DNA of 42,470 nucleotides from a virus (Duplodnaviria; Heunggongvirae; Uroviricota; Caudoviricetes): IMG/VR virus record IMGVR_UViG_2909288124_000001; one strand, given 5' to 3'. The notes below the pieces were generated by a model, which had not been told where the DNA came from, ran no database searches, and saw only the letters and a list, made by a program, of their open reading frames with translations. Numbering within the stretch: the stretch's first letter is position 1; each line of letters starts with the position of its first letter. Below, in pieces: positions 8,555-18,081 of the stretch. Position numbers and translations under genes: made by a program.

Positions 8555-9723
8555 TTTTTCTTCTCTCTTATTACTGTGGACGTGCTGCCGTCCGGTTTAT
8601 AGATGGTCAGCGTCCGGGTTTTGCCGGTTTTTTTACCTTTCTTCGCCTTGCCCTGTGTGACCGGCCCCCGTGCCACTTCCAGCTCTGTGGTGTAGCCGCT
8701 GTTACGCTCAAACGCATGGAGGGCAGTGGTTATGAGCCATGGCCCGGATAACTGCCCAAAACCCACCAGTTCAATTTTGTTGCCTGCTGTCAGTTGAGGT
8801 GTTCCCGTCAGCGTCAGGGAGCCGTTCTGCTGGTATTCGTTATGTCTGGCCAGTGCTGAATCCGCTTTAATCCGGGCACTGTCCGGGTCGCTGACGCGGC
8901 TGTTAACTTTAAGTGAGTCAGCGCTGGTAACCTTACCACCTTTGAGCTTTTTGTCGCTTTCACGGGTACCACCATCAGCTTCGTAGACGATCAGTTTTTT
9001 ACTGCTGCTTTTCTGGTGTTTTACCTTTGCAGATTTATAGACCCGGTTGATGGTGTCACGCAGGGAAAAGCGGGCCACATCCTGCGGTTTTAACTGCCTG
9101 ACCGGCTCCTGACTGCGCAGTGTGGCCAGATGAGAAAAAATCAGCTGGTCACTGACCACTTTCACTGCATAACCATACTCGCTGGCCAGCCGGCGCAGAA
9201 AACCCACGTCGGTTTCAGCATACTGGGTCACCCGGTCGATTCTGATGGACTCAATGCTGCCCACCAGTTTCAGTCGGTGCTTTCTGGCAATCCGCCCCGC
9301 AACAGCTGCCAGCGTGGTGTTCTCAAAACCACGACTGGTTTTAGTCCGCAGGGCACTGTTAACCGAGGTGGCCACCCCACGGATAGAAACAACGGAAGCG
9401 GGCGAACTCACTTCGATCTCGTCTATAGAGAACGTACCGCAGGACAGCAGCTTCTCGCCCTGATAGCCCATTTTCAGCGTCAGCGTGTCACCCTTGCCCG
9501 GATACCATTTATCCAGCCAGCGGCCATCGGTGTCGTCCAGCTCCACCTCAATGGTATCGGACTCATTTTTGATGTTATCGCTCCAGGTCACACGGGTGAC
9601 ATAAGGCGCGATATCAGAGGTGATGTTTTTCTGCAGATACCACAGAGTGAACACCGGTGTCAGCACATCGCTGACGCCGGTTAACGCTGATGTGACTTGC
9701 GCAGTGCTGTTTATCTCAGCCAT
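8551..9723 (-). CDS. Tail/baseplate hub protein, P2 gpD-like (late control D family)
   Basis: 390 aa with Lys-rich C-terminus; conserved position after tape measure/U/X genes. Confidence 0.75.
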   Translation of the reverse strand: MAEINSTAQVTSALTGVSDVLTPVFTLWYLQKNITSDIAPYVTRVTWSDNIKNESDTIEVELDDTDGRWLDKWYPGKGDTLTLKMGYQGEKLLSCGTFSIDEIEVSSPASVVSIRGVATSVNSALRTKTSRGFENTTLAAVAGRIARKHRLKLVGSIESIRIDRVTQYAETDVGFLRRLASEYGYAVKVVSDQLIFSHLATLRSQEPVRQLKPQDVARFSLRDTINRVYKSAKVKHQKSSSKKLIVYEADGGTRESDKKLKGGKVTSADSLKVNSRVSDPDSARIKADSALARHNEYQQNGSLTLTGTPQLTAGNKIELVGFGQLSGPWLITTALHAFERNSGYTTELEVARGPVTQGKAKKGKKTGKTRTLTIYKPDGSTSTVIREKKK

Positions 9724-9926
9724 GGGGCAATATCCTCTTCTGTACGGGCTTCTTCAGCCTCAATCACCGGGATCAGTAACAACAGCCCGGAGGGCAGCAC
9801 CGGCGTGATGGCCACGTGCGGATTGGCGGCAATAATCCGGGGATAGCCCAGCGGGTCACCGTAGTACTGCCATGCCAGCGAATCCCAGCGCTCTCCGTCA
9901 CGGGTAACATGTTCAAGAAACATCAC
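9711..9926 (-). CDS. Phage tail protein X-like (small LysM-like tail protein)
   Basis: 71 aa ORF between U-like and D-like genes with start/stop overlaps on both sides. Confidence 0.55.
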   Translation of the reverse strand: MMFLEHVTRDGERWDSLAWQYYGDPLGYPRIIAANPHVAITPVLPSGLLLLIPVIEAEEARTEEDIAPWLR

Positions 9927-10807
9927 ACACTCCTCGTCAGTATTCTGGCGGCCATTGCACTTAATCCCGGAGACATGCGGTTGAATGCTGTGCCGACGGC
10001 GTTAAGCTGCCCGGAAACGGTATCCAGAGCACCTGCAATATTTCTTTTGTCCACACCACTCAGCGCAGACTGTGCCTGCTGTACATACGTGGCTGCTTCG
10101 CTGGCTGTTCTGGCCAGACTGATGGCATCGGGCATGGATTCAGAGAGTGCGTTAAACGCCGGAACACTTTTCCCCAGAGCCCCGGAGATATTACCCAGTC
10201 CGCTCATCAGCCCCGGCACACGGGTCAGTGCGACAACGGGGTTATCCTTCATTTTCTGTGTCACCCGAACGGCGCTGATAGTGGTCTGGAGTACAGACTG
10301 CGCCTGTTTCGCATAGTTGACGCCGTTGCGGATGAACTGCGCCACCCCTGAAGGTGAAGGTATGGCACCGGAGACCGCCCCGACACCCGGGAGCTTCGTG
10401 CGTATTGCCGGTGGTTGCAGAGGATTTTTCGGGTCACCGGTGTATTCCCGGAGAGACACGGTGGCACTGACAGCCAGCACGTTGCCGGTACTGTCAGTCT
10501 GCTCGCTGGTTGCAGTCACATCGGTGATCACGAACCAGCCGCGATAGTCACCGTTGCCGAAGACCAGCGCCAGTGCCTGATGGGCTTTCATGGCTGTTCG
10601 CAGTCTCGCCAGCTCCACATCGGGTACACAATAATGCTGATGGAAAACCAGAGTTATCTGGATTTCGTCCAGCCTGTCGCCGACGAACTGCAGGCCAGGC
10701 TTACCCCCGATGCGGGCATGCTCCGCATAATCGACGCCGAACGTGGCCTCGAAGCCGTCCCAGTAGGTAATCAGCTCAAACTCAATATCACCCAGTACGG
10801 CAAACAT
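9923..10807 (-). CDS. Tail protein, gpU-like / Mu N (DNA circulation)-like
   Basis: 294 aa ORF immediately downstream of the tape measure gene; assignment by position and N-terminal character. Confidence 0.5.
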   Translation of the reverse strand: MFAVLGDIEFELITYWDGFEATFGVDYAEHARIGGKPGLQFVGDRLDEIQITLVFHQHYCVPDVELARLRTAMKAHQALALVFGNGDYRGWFVITDVTATSEQTDSTGNVLAVSATVSLREYTGDPKNPLQPPAIRTKLPGVGAVSGAIPSPSGVAQFIRNGVNYAKQAQSVLQTTISAVRVTQKMKDNPVVALTRVPGLMSGLGNISGALGKSVPAFNALSESMPDAISLARTASEAATYVQQAQSALSGVDKRNIAGALDTVSGQLNAVGTAFNRMSPGLSAMAARILTRSV

Positions 10808-13758
10808 CAGCGGTACTCCTTACGTTGTTTCTGAGCCAGCAGACGCTCCAGCATTTTTTCCAGCTCATGCAGGCTCATATTCAGGGCGCCAGTCAGTCCG
10901 GCAGGCGCTGTGGTTTCCCTGCCATTGAGGAAAAACTGAGGATTAAAGCTGACCTGGATACCACCAGACGTTCCACCGCCGGTTGCAGCTGCACCACGGT
11001 CTGAATATCCGGCAGCCATGATTTCAGGCGAGGGGATACGGGGAACATCCGGTGTCATCTCATTTGCCAGACGTTGCCCTGGTAAAATCGATGCCCGGGT
11101 GGAGAGCGGGATAGCGGGCATGGAAGACAAACTATTGATTACGGCTCCGATCGCATTTTTAGCAGACGACATAAACCCGTTGATATCGGGCAACGGCATA
11201 CTGAAGCGAACACCTGAAGTGTTATCCCGTATTTCTGGCCCCTGAATGCTCACGGGCATTCTGGGGAGCAGTTCACTGGCCATTCGCTGCCCGGCCAGAG
11301 CTGCAAGCGGAGTGGTCCGCTGCAGGCCAATGGCGGCCCCCTGCGCGATATTGTCACCAAAGCCCATAAACACGCGGCTCGGCGAATGAATACCCAGCTT
11401 TTCACTGAACCAGCCACTGATGCTGTCACCCATTCCGGTTACACTGGATTTGAGCGACTCCCATTTGTTTTTGATACCGTTAATCAGACCGTCGACAAGA
11501 TGGCCACCGAAGTCGGTGAACTTTGCCGGCAGATCAACACCAAGATATTTCAGCGCAGCTGCAAAGGCTTTATAGAGCAGACCTGCCGGCGACCAGTTAA
11601 TCAGCAGCTTACCAGTTCCCGCGATACCGCCGTTAAAGGCTTCCTGAATGTCAGCCCAGCACTGTTTAAACCAGCTACTGATGCTGTCACCCATTCCGGT
11701 TACACTGGATTTGAGCGACCCCCATTTGTTTTTGATACCGTTAATCAGACCGTCGATAAGATGGCCACCGAAGTCGGTGAACTTTGCCGGCAGAGCAACG
11801 CCGAAATATTTCAGCGCAGCCGCAAAGGCTTTATAGAGCAGGCCTGCCGGCGACCAGTTAATCAGTAACTTACCAATTCCCACAATGCCGCCGTTAAAGG
11901 CTTCCTGAATGTCTGCCCAGCGCTGTTTAAACCAGCCACTGACTGCCCCCCAGTTGCGGTAGATAAGGTAAGCTGCTGCCGCGACAGCGGTGATAACGAG
12001 ACCGATGGGATTCATCATCAGCGCACGTCCAATCCAGAGAACAGCACGTCCGGCGAGCATAATTCCGCGAACCAGCCCCCCGGAGAGCACGCCACTCAGT
12101 GTTCTGGCTCCTCTGGCGACGGCGCTAAATCCGGTCACCAGCCAGCGGAGCTTACCGCCTTGCCCCAGTGCGAGCGACAGACGAAGCCAGTTGGCCCGAA
12201 GTAAAACAGCATTTTTCCAGACACTTACAAAGGGGGAAATAAGGAGATTCAGCCCCAGTTTGAGACCAACAGTCGCTATCTTAATCGCAAGGAGCGCACT
12301 GATGAGCTTAAAAGCCCCACTGACAAATTGCGGGTGAGTCGCTACCCAGTGTTTTGCCCCCTGAATGAGTGGAAGCAGTTCCTGAGTCAGAGAAATAAAA
12401 GATGGAGCTAATTGATCGCCCAGCGTAATTGCCAGATCGCGACTGCTGACCATAAGTGTTTTAGTGGCTTCAAGGGGAGATTTCAGCCGCTGATCATAAG
12501 CACTGGCAAGCAAATCGTTATCCGCAGCCCTGAGAGCACCGGCACGGATCTCTCGATATCTGTCCATGTTGGCCAGCATCGGGCGGATAAATGCCATGAC
12601 CTGCATATCCGCGAACATATCGCCCAGACCAAAGTTTTTCGCCAGAGCCTGAAGTGCCTCATCTCTTGCCGTATCATTCTTTATTTTCATGGCTGATTTG
12701 AAGCCGGCCAGCGCTTCGGGGCTTTTGGCATTGAGGTAACGTTCTATAACACTCAACATCCCTTCAATCGGAGAGATCCCCGCAGCTTTATAACTCGCAA
12801 TAGATCCCTGCAAATCAATACCCAGATCAGCAAACTGTTTCTGAGTATCGCGGGCAAAAATTTTGGTAAGAAAGTTTTTAAAATTATTGGCTGCTTCGTC
12901 GGTGGAACCTGCACCGATTTTTGCTATCTGGAGACTGGCCCCGATTTCAGCAACAGCCTCTTTTCCACTGGCAATACCCGCCATCATTGGGGCCAGGGAC
13001 TGCATCCACTTGACCTGATCCGGGATTTCAAATGACCCCTGGTCACCGGCATAAGCCATAATATTCTGAACGGCACCAAAATCTCTGGCCGCACCTTTCA
13101 GGGAGTTTTGCCAGACTGCGGCCACTTTTGCCCAGTCCTGAGCAGACGTGCGTGTTGCCGTTGCCGCGCGGGCAATATCCGGCATCAGAAAACCGATATC
13201 TGACACATTATCAATATTGTCGCTGATGAGTGAACCCACCGCCTCCTGCAGCTCATCCTGATACTGATTGTATTTAAGCGCCCAGCCTTTTATCTGTCCG
13301 GCAAGTCCATCCCGCGTTTTATTGTCATATTTTGCGGTGATCGACATATCAATCATTTTGTCCTGAAAAGACATGGACTGCTGAACGGCAGGGGAAACCG
13401 TATGATAAACAGTCTGTGCCATGCCATACGCTTCAATCCCCTGACCATACAGCGCCATGCGGTTAGCTTTCAGCGCATCACTGGTAGCGGATGCCGCTGA
13501 CAGACGGCGCTGCTGGCGCTCAATTTGCTCCATGGTGCGGCTTACCCGCAGCAGCTCGCTGTTGAGATACTGCATCCGGGAAGAACCCAGTTGACCATAA
13601 CGTTCTGTTGCACGGGTTAAAGCGTTCTGACGTTCCTGCAGGCGGCGTGAGGTATCGCTCAGGGAATCAAGCGCACGGCGGGTACCGCTCATTGCAGAAC
13701 GGAATGTGCTGCCAATCATCCCGCCGATAACAACGCCGACTGAAAACTGTCCAGACAT
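10807..13758 (-). CDS. Tail tape measure protein
   Basis: 983 aa; ATG at 13758 with GGAGGT RBS; follows frameshifted chaperone gene; hydrophobic and coiled-coil segments; carries an internal in-frame 261-bp tandem duplication. Confidence 0.85.
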   Translation of the reverse strand: MSGQFSVGVVIGGMIGSTFRSAMSGTRRALDSLSDTSRRLQERQNALTRATERYGQLGSSRMQYLNSELLRVSRTMEQIERQQRRLSAASATSDALKANRMALYGQGIEAYGMAQTVYHTVSPAVQQSMSFQDKMIDMSITAKYDNKTRDGLAGQIKGWALKYNQYQDELQEAVGSLISDNIDNVSDIGFLMPDIARAATATRTSAQDWAKVAAVWQNSLKGAARDFGAVQNIMAYAGDQGSFEIPDQVKWMQSLAPMMAGIASGKEAVAEIGASLQIAKIGAGSTDEAANNFKNFLTKIFARDTQKQFADLGIDLQGSIASYKAAGISPIEGMLSVIERYLNAKSPEALAGFKSAMKIKNDTARDEALQALAKNFGLGDMFADMQVMAFIRPMLANMDRYREIRAGALRAADNDLLASAYDQRLKSPLEATKTLMVSSRDLAITLGDQLAPSFISLTQELLPLIQGAKHWVATHPQFVSGAFKLISALLAIKIATVGLKLGLNLLISPFVSVWKNAVLLRANWLRLSLALGQGGKLRWLVTGFSAVARGARTLSGVLSGGLVRGIMLAGRAVLWIGRALMMNPIGLVITAVAAAAYLIYRNWGAVSGWFKQRWADIQEAFNGGIVGIGKLLINWSPAGLLYKAFAAALKYFGVALPAKFTDFGGHLIDGLINGIKNKWGSLKSSVTGMGDSISSWFKQCWADIQEAFNGGIAGTGKLLINWSPAGLLYKAFAAALKYLGVDLPAKFTDFGGHLVDGLINGIKNKWESLKSSVTGMGDSISGWFSEKLGIHSPSRVFMGFGDNIAQGAAIGLQRTTPLAALAGQRMASELLPRMPVSIQGPEIRDNTSGVRFSMPLPDINGFMSSAKNAIGAVINSLSSMPAIPLSTRASILPGQRLANEMTPDVPRIPSPEIMAAGYSDRGAAATGGGTSGGIQVSFNPQFFLNGRETTAPAGLTGALNMSLHELEKMLERLLAQKQRKEYR
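11410..11932. repeat. In-frame tandem duplication (2 x 261 bp) within the tape measure gene
   Basis: 11410..11670 and 11671..11931 near-identical; encodes duplicated 87-aa block WFKQ(R/C)WADIQEAFNGGI...GMGDSIS. Confidence 0.8.
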
Positions 13759-13833
13759 AGTGGTTAACCTCCGGGGAAGGTGAAAAGACGTGAGGGGATA
13801 ACGCAGAACAGCCGCTACTGGCGGCTGTCTGTA

Positions 13834-13930
13834 CTATGATTTGTCGCCGTACTCGCTTTTGATTTGCTCTTCAGCCTGCTCCAGCCACATCTCCAGATCG
13901 TCAGTATCGAGGGCATCAATCTCCCCCGGC
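13834..13930 (-). CDS. Frameshift extension of the tail assembly chaperone (E'/GT-like), reached by a +1 (equivalently -2) shift on a GGGGG run
   Basis: ORF 13834..14091 overlaps the chaperone 3' end in the +1 frame and ends 49 bp before the tape measure start; G5 run at 13923..13927 lies just before the zero-frame stop. Confidence 0.5.
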
Positions 13931-14251
13931 TGAAACCGGAACCATCTCGCCAGCAGCCCCTGCGCCTGCGTCAGCGCCCTGGTTGCTCTCACCCATCCCC
14001 GTGATGAGCTGAAATCGTTTCTGTAACTGCAGGTAATCAGCCAGATCCATATTGTCGAGATCTTCCGGGAGAAGACCAGTACTGCGGGCAATCAGCGGTT
14101 CGTCCCAGTCTGCCGGGTTTTTGCTGATTTTGCGCACCTGCTTCAGGTCTTTTACCGTCAGGCGTTTCAGTTCAACCAGCTCAATTCTGGTGCCTGCAGC
14201 AGTGGTGAAGGGATAAGACAATTTAAAAGTATCGGATGGGGTCTGTGACAT
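13916..14251 (-). CDS. Tail assembly chaperone (P2 gpE / lambda gpG analogue), zero-frame product
   Basis: 111 aa; ATG at 14251 with AGGAG RBS; sits between tail tube and tape measure genes; overlapped by a second ORF in another frame. Confidence 0.7.
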   Translation of the reverse strand: MSQTPSDTFKLSYPFTTAAGTRIELVELKRLTVKDLKQVRKISKNPADWDEPLIARSTGLLPEDLDNMDLADYLQLQKRFQLITGMGESNQGADAGAGAAGEMVPVSAGGD

Positions 14252-14348
14252 GATTGTGCTCCTGTGTAAGTTCAGGGCAGTATGTCGGGAGAAGCGCGTG
14301 ACGGATATTAAAGGAGATTAAGAAGAAGGGGCCGGAGCCCCTGTGATG

Positions 14349-14630
14349 TCAGCAAGTGCGAAACCCCTTGCAGTTACGCAGGAAAGCGATGAGAAGCGTC
14401 TTTCCCTCAGATTTGCCGGTGCCGGAGAACCAGTGGTCGGGAGGCTCCCATGCTTCAATCAAATCCGCCAGTTTGCGGGCCTTTGAACGTGTGCAGTCAA
14501 TCGGGTCATTGGTTTTACGGGTATTAAAAAGGGTTTCCACCCCCGGAATATCAAGGAGGGTAAACCACGTACCATTTGACATGCCCAGTGCCGCACATCG
14601 TCCTCCTTTATCCGTCAGTTCAACACTCAC
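14349..14630 (-). CDS. Hypothetical protein (possible moron between tail tube and chaperone genes)
   Basis: 93-aa ORF filling most of the 380-bp tube-chaperone interval; no recognisable family. Confidence 0.35.
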   Translation of the reverse strand: MSVELTDKGGRCAALGMSNGTWFTLLDIPGVETLFNTRKTNDPIDCTRSKARKLADLIEAWEPPDHWFSGTGKSEGKTLLIAFLRNCKGFRTC

Positions 14631-14632
14631 CG

Positions 14633-15154
14633 TCAGCCCCCGATATTGATACGGTAGTCAGTCAGTTGATCAACACCGCCGACCCGGAAGATGTTGGCCA
14701 GATAGTCCAGTTGCAGCAGCTCTTCACCATCCAGTACCTGTCTGATATACGTGCAGGTGAAGCTACTGGAGAACTCGGCGTTCTCGTGCTGTTTGAACGT
14801 CCCCAGCGGGTTCTTCTTGAACATAATCGTCAGGAAGGTGACCAGCGGGATTTCGTCAATCAGCCCCTGCGAGCTGTAGCGCTGGACGCTGGAACGACAC
14901 TGCAGTGCCAGCGACCTGTACGGGTTCGCGGCAGACAGCATCGCATCGCGGTAAAAGCTGTTCCATTTGATTTCGCCTTCCAGTTTGTCAAAACCAGCCG
15001 GGAGTTCCACCTTACCCACCATCCCCAGCGCCTTGTGTTCCTGCATAATCATGGAGACATCGGGGAGTTTAACTTCCTCAGCCCGTCCCAGCAGGTTAGT
15101 ACCATCCAGATAGATGTTGGCATTCGTGATGCGGTTTATCTCAATCTTTGACAT
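14633..15154 (-). CDS. Tail tube protein (P2 FII / Mu M-like)
   Basis: 173 aa ORF directly downstream of the sheath gene (ATGA start/stop overlap at 15154). Confidence 0.85.
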   Translation of the reverse strand: MSKIEINRITNANIYLDGTNLLGRAEEVKLPDVSMIMQEHKALGMVGKVELPAGFDKLEGEIKWNSFYRDAMLSAANPYRSLALQCRSSVQRYSSQGLIDEIPLVTFLTIMFKKNPLGTFKQHENAEFSSSFTCTYIRQVLDGEELLQLDYLANIFRVGGVDQLTDYRINIGG

Positions 15155-16581
15155 CAGTTGCCCCCTTTCAGGGTTAACAGGTATTCCGAGGTGATCTCAG
15201 TCTCAAACGTCAGTCGCTCCAGCGGCGGTGGTGGCGTATATTTGTAGCTCAGCAACAGGTGCCCGGCGGCCAGCTCCGTCTCCGGATTGCGGGCCGGATC
15301 AAACCAGCAACGGAAGCCCAGTACCGCACCATCACCAGTCATTTTGCGACCGTAGGCGTTGACCGACTCCGTCAGTGCATCAATCAGCGCCTGAGTAATC
15401 GGCATGTCGATGTACTGCTGGCTGAAATAACGAATGGACTCGTTGATCACATCACCGGTGCGGCGAACGTTCTCAAAGTTACGCATATGGGTGACCGTTG
15501 GCCATGCTGCCGTCCGGTTACCCCACAGACGAAGGCCGCTGCCGTAACTGCTGAATACCGTGGTGATCCCCTGTTCGTTAAGCAGGTTCACCTCACTCTG
15601 CGGGTCATCAATCATCGCGGACAGCTGGCGCTCCACGCCGGTGATCCCCAGAATCTCCTGATTGGAGGATGACCACCAGTAGCCCTTGTCCAGATCGACT
15701 CTGGCACGCAGACCTGCTGCACGCTGGCTGAGCGGCTCCAGACGCTCTGTGTTTGTCACCGGGTCATATACCTTCACATGCGGATAGCACAGACGGACGC
15801 GGTCGGAGCTGGTATTGAAGTTGATGGTGCCTTCCGGGCCACGACCTGCCAGAGCCTGTGCAAAGGTGGTACCGACAGGCGCATCAATGTAGGTTACCGC
15901 GCCCAGCTTCTCTGCCATGGCGATAAGCTCAACTGCGACACTCTTCTGGGTGCAGAACACCGGCGCAATCAGAATTTTGGCGAAATAGCCGTACAGGTTG
16001 AAGCTGTCGTTAAGCAGCTTCATGCCGGTTCGGTTTCCGGCGCTGTTCACCCCGCCGATGATGTCCGCCGCAGTCACCTTCGACGGGTCCGCGTACTCAT
16101 AGCTCACCTTCACGCTGCCACCGGCCTCAATAGCCTTGCCCAGGTTCGTGAGCACACCCGCCTGCGCATCAACACGGTAGTCCGTGTTCGCCGTGTGGGT
16201 GGTGCTGCCTTCACTGTTTTTCACCACCACATTAGCGACAACCGGATGCGCCAGTCTGGCCTGCCCTGTCGATTTGTCAAAGGTAACCACCTCATCCTCG
16301 ATCGCCGTTTTATGTTTCGCCGGGTCGAGGACGTTAATGACCAGAACGGTGCCTGCACCATGGTCATAAATCGCATCCAGCGCCTGCGGAATGGTAAAGC
16401 CGGTGAACTGGCTGCCAAATGCCGCTGCGTCTTTCTCAGACAGGCACTGTACCAGCGTATTGACATCCCCCATCGGGGCGGTACCAATCAGGCCAATAAC
16501 GGCAGATTTCACCGTTTTAACCGGGCGGGCACCGTTTTCCACCTCAATGGTTTCGGGACCATGCAGATAGTTAGCTGCCAT
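15154..16581 (-). CDS. Contractile tail sheath protein (P2 FI / Mu L-like)
   Basis: 475 aa; ATG at 16581 with GGAGGA RBS; conserved sheath-tube gene pair. Confidence 0.9.
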   Translation of the reverse strand: MAANYLHGPETIEVENGARPVKTVKSAVIGLIGTAPMGDVNTLVQCLSEKDAAAFGSQFTGFTIPQALDAIYDHGAGTVLVINVLDPAKHKTAIEDEVVTFDKSTGQARLAHPVVANVVVKNSEGSTTHTANTDYRVDAQAGVLTNLGKAIEAGGSVKVSYEYADPSKVTAADIIGGVNSAGNRTGMKLLNDSFNLYGYFAKILIAPVFCTQKSVAVELIAMAEKLGAVTYIDAPVGTTFAQALAGRGPEGTINFNTSSDRVRLCYPHVKVYDPVTNTERLEPLSQRAAGLRARVDLDKGYWWSSSNQEILGITGVERQLSAMIDDPQSEVNLLNEQGITTVFSSYGSGLRLWGNRTAAWPTVTHMRNFENVRRTGDVINESIRYFSQQYIDMPITQALIDALTESVNAYGRKMTGDGAVLGFRCWFDPARNPETELAAGHLLLSYKYTPPPPLERLTFETEITSEYLLTLKGGN

Positions 16582-16825
16582 GGGTGTCCTCCGTTTTCAC
16601 TTCGCTGTCACTGCTGCTTCTGCGCTTTGGTGACTGCACAGCCGGTGTGCCGGCGGGTTTAGTCTCTTCAGGTACCGGCGTCAGATGTTTCAGCGCCACC
16701 AGTACCTTCACGTAGTCATGCTCCTCCGGCAGGGAAACCGTCTTCCCCGGCCAGAGCAGGATTTCGGTTCCGTCCGACAGCGTGACGCCGCTGGCCGGGC
16801 CGGAATAGCGGTATTCTTTCATCAC
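16571..16825 (-). CDS. Hypothetical protein, Mu gp38-like position
   Basis: 84 aa ORF between gp37-like and sheath genes. Confidence 0.5.
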   Translation of the reverse strand: MMKEYRYSGPASGVTLSDGTEILLWPGKTVSLPEEHDYVKVLVALKHLTPVPEETKPAGTPAVQSPKRRSSSDSEVKTEDTHGS

Positions 16826-17286
16826 TCGCTTTCCTCATAGTTCACTTCGGTTAACAGCGGGCCGGACGGTAAATCGCTGTCTTCGATAAAGACGCTTTCA
16901 GTCGCGAAGTCGAGGGCGTACTGCCACAGCCCCCTGACTTCACCGATAAACACCTCGCGGGTCAGCCAGATACGGCGGCGGCAGCCGGGCGGGGTGTGGC
17001 CACCGAGAATGCGGCGGACAGCATCCAGGACATTAATCGCCCCTTTTTTACCGTTGAGCTGGCGGAAGACCACCGTGACGCAGAGCTGGATAGTCTGAGA
17101 CTGGATCACCGCACCGGTATCATCCGGCCTGTCAAAGCGCGAACCGGCATAGCTCAACAGCAACGCGCCAACCGGATGGTTCAGGCGATATTCAGCCGGT
17201 TTCTCCGGGAAGTACTCCACCTGCAGTTGCGGCAGCTTCTCGCGTAACCGGGCCAGTACCGCATCAAGGACGGGCAGAACGTTCAT
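16822..17286 (-). CDS. Head-tail joining/tail completion protein, Mu gp37-like
   Basis: 154 aa; conserved position downstream of capsid module. Confidence 0.55.
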   Translation of the reverse strand: MNVLPVLDAVLARLREKLPQLQVEYFPEKPAEYRLNHPVGALLLSYAGSRFDRPDDTGAVIQSQTIQLCVTVVFRQLNGKKGAINVLDAVRRILGGHTPPGCRRRIWLTREVFIGEVRGLWQYALDFATESVFIEDSDLPSGPLLTEVNYEESE

Positions 17287-17732
17287 CAGTATTTCTCCAG
17301 TAAACCGTCACGACCGCCGAAAGTAGCCGGGCGACTGCGTACACGAAACTCGCCAGGCTCAGGCACATCTTTCTGAGTGGACGGCAGCCCCAGCGTGAGC
17401 CTGTTATCACGTAACTCCCTGAGTTGCCGCAGCGCTTCTTTGTGGTCATCCTTCACCGTATCCGGGAGGTCACCTTCCGGGCGGCGGGCGTAGAGCCGGT
17501 AACGGACCAGCGTGATGGCAATGTCCCGCAGAACAGTCGGTATCTCTGCCAGTGGCAGGATATAGCGTCCGCGCAGATGGGCATCAATCAGCTCGTCGGC
17601 ATAGCGGATACAGCTGTCCACCACACGGGTATTCACTGTTGCAGGTGAGTCGAAGTCCATCTCTTCACTGGTGAGCTCGATAAGCGTCCGCTCCGGCACC
17701 TGCGCAAGCAAATCCTCCAGGGTGCAGTACAT
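17286..17732 (-). CDS. Head completion protein, Mu gp36-like
   Basis: Most plausible start is the internal ATG at 17732 (MYCTLEDLLAQ...); conserved position. Confidence 0.5.
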   Translation of the reverse strand: MYCTLEDLLAQVPERTLIELTSEEMDFDSPATVNTRVVDSCIRYADELIDAHLRGRYILPLAEIPTVLRDIAITLVRYRLYARRPEGDLPDTVKDDHKEALRQLRELRDNRLTLGLPSTQKDVPEPGEFRVRSRPATFGGRDGLLEKY

Positions 17733-17733
17733 G

Positions 17734-18072
17734 TCACACCCCGCGCAGGATACGAATGACGTCGCCTTCACCCCCGGCTTCATCAAGTGCAATACCACAG
17801 GATTTACCGTCGCCGGACTGCGGCACGGCTCTGGCCTGAGCATCTGACTGAACAGCCACACCACGGCTGACAGCGGCCCCGGCCTCGACAGCAATAATGC
17901 CCAGAACGCTCACCGGCGTGCTGTCGCCGGTAACAGCATCCACTTCGGCAACCCCGAGCGCTGCGGCACCGGCTTTACAGGGGGTATTATCTGCCCCGAC
18001 AAAACGCTGCTGTGCCAGTGCTGCCCCTGCCGTTACGGTTGTGATCAGAATGACCTGCTGAGTGGTTCCCAT
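17734..18072 (-). CDS. Hypothetical Gly/Ala/Val-rich protein immediately after major capsid gene (possible capsid accessory/decoration)
   Basis: 112 aa; ATG at 18072 with AAGGAGG RBS. Confidence 0.5.
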   Translation of the reverse strand: MGTTQQVILITTVTAGAALAQQRFVGADNTPCKAGAAALGVAEVDAVTGDSTPVSVLGIIAVEAGAAVSRGVAVQSDAQARAVPQSGDGKSCGIALDEAGGEGDVIRILRGV

Positions 18073-18081
18073 AACGCCTCC

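Noticed and set aside
11386-11868. 160-aa plus-strand ORF with an internal duplication, initially considered a repeat protein gene
   Set aside because: It is the antisense image of the 261-bp tandem duplication within the tape measure gene.
15778-16662. 294-aa plus-strand ORF antisense to the tail sheath gene
   Set aside because: Long antisense ORFs are expected in GC-rich coding DNA; the sheath gene on the minus strand explains the region.
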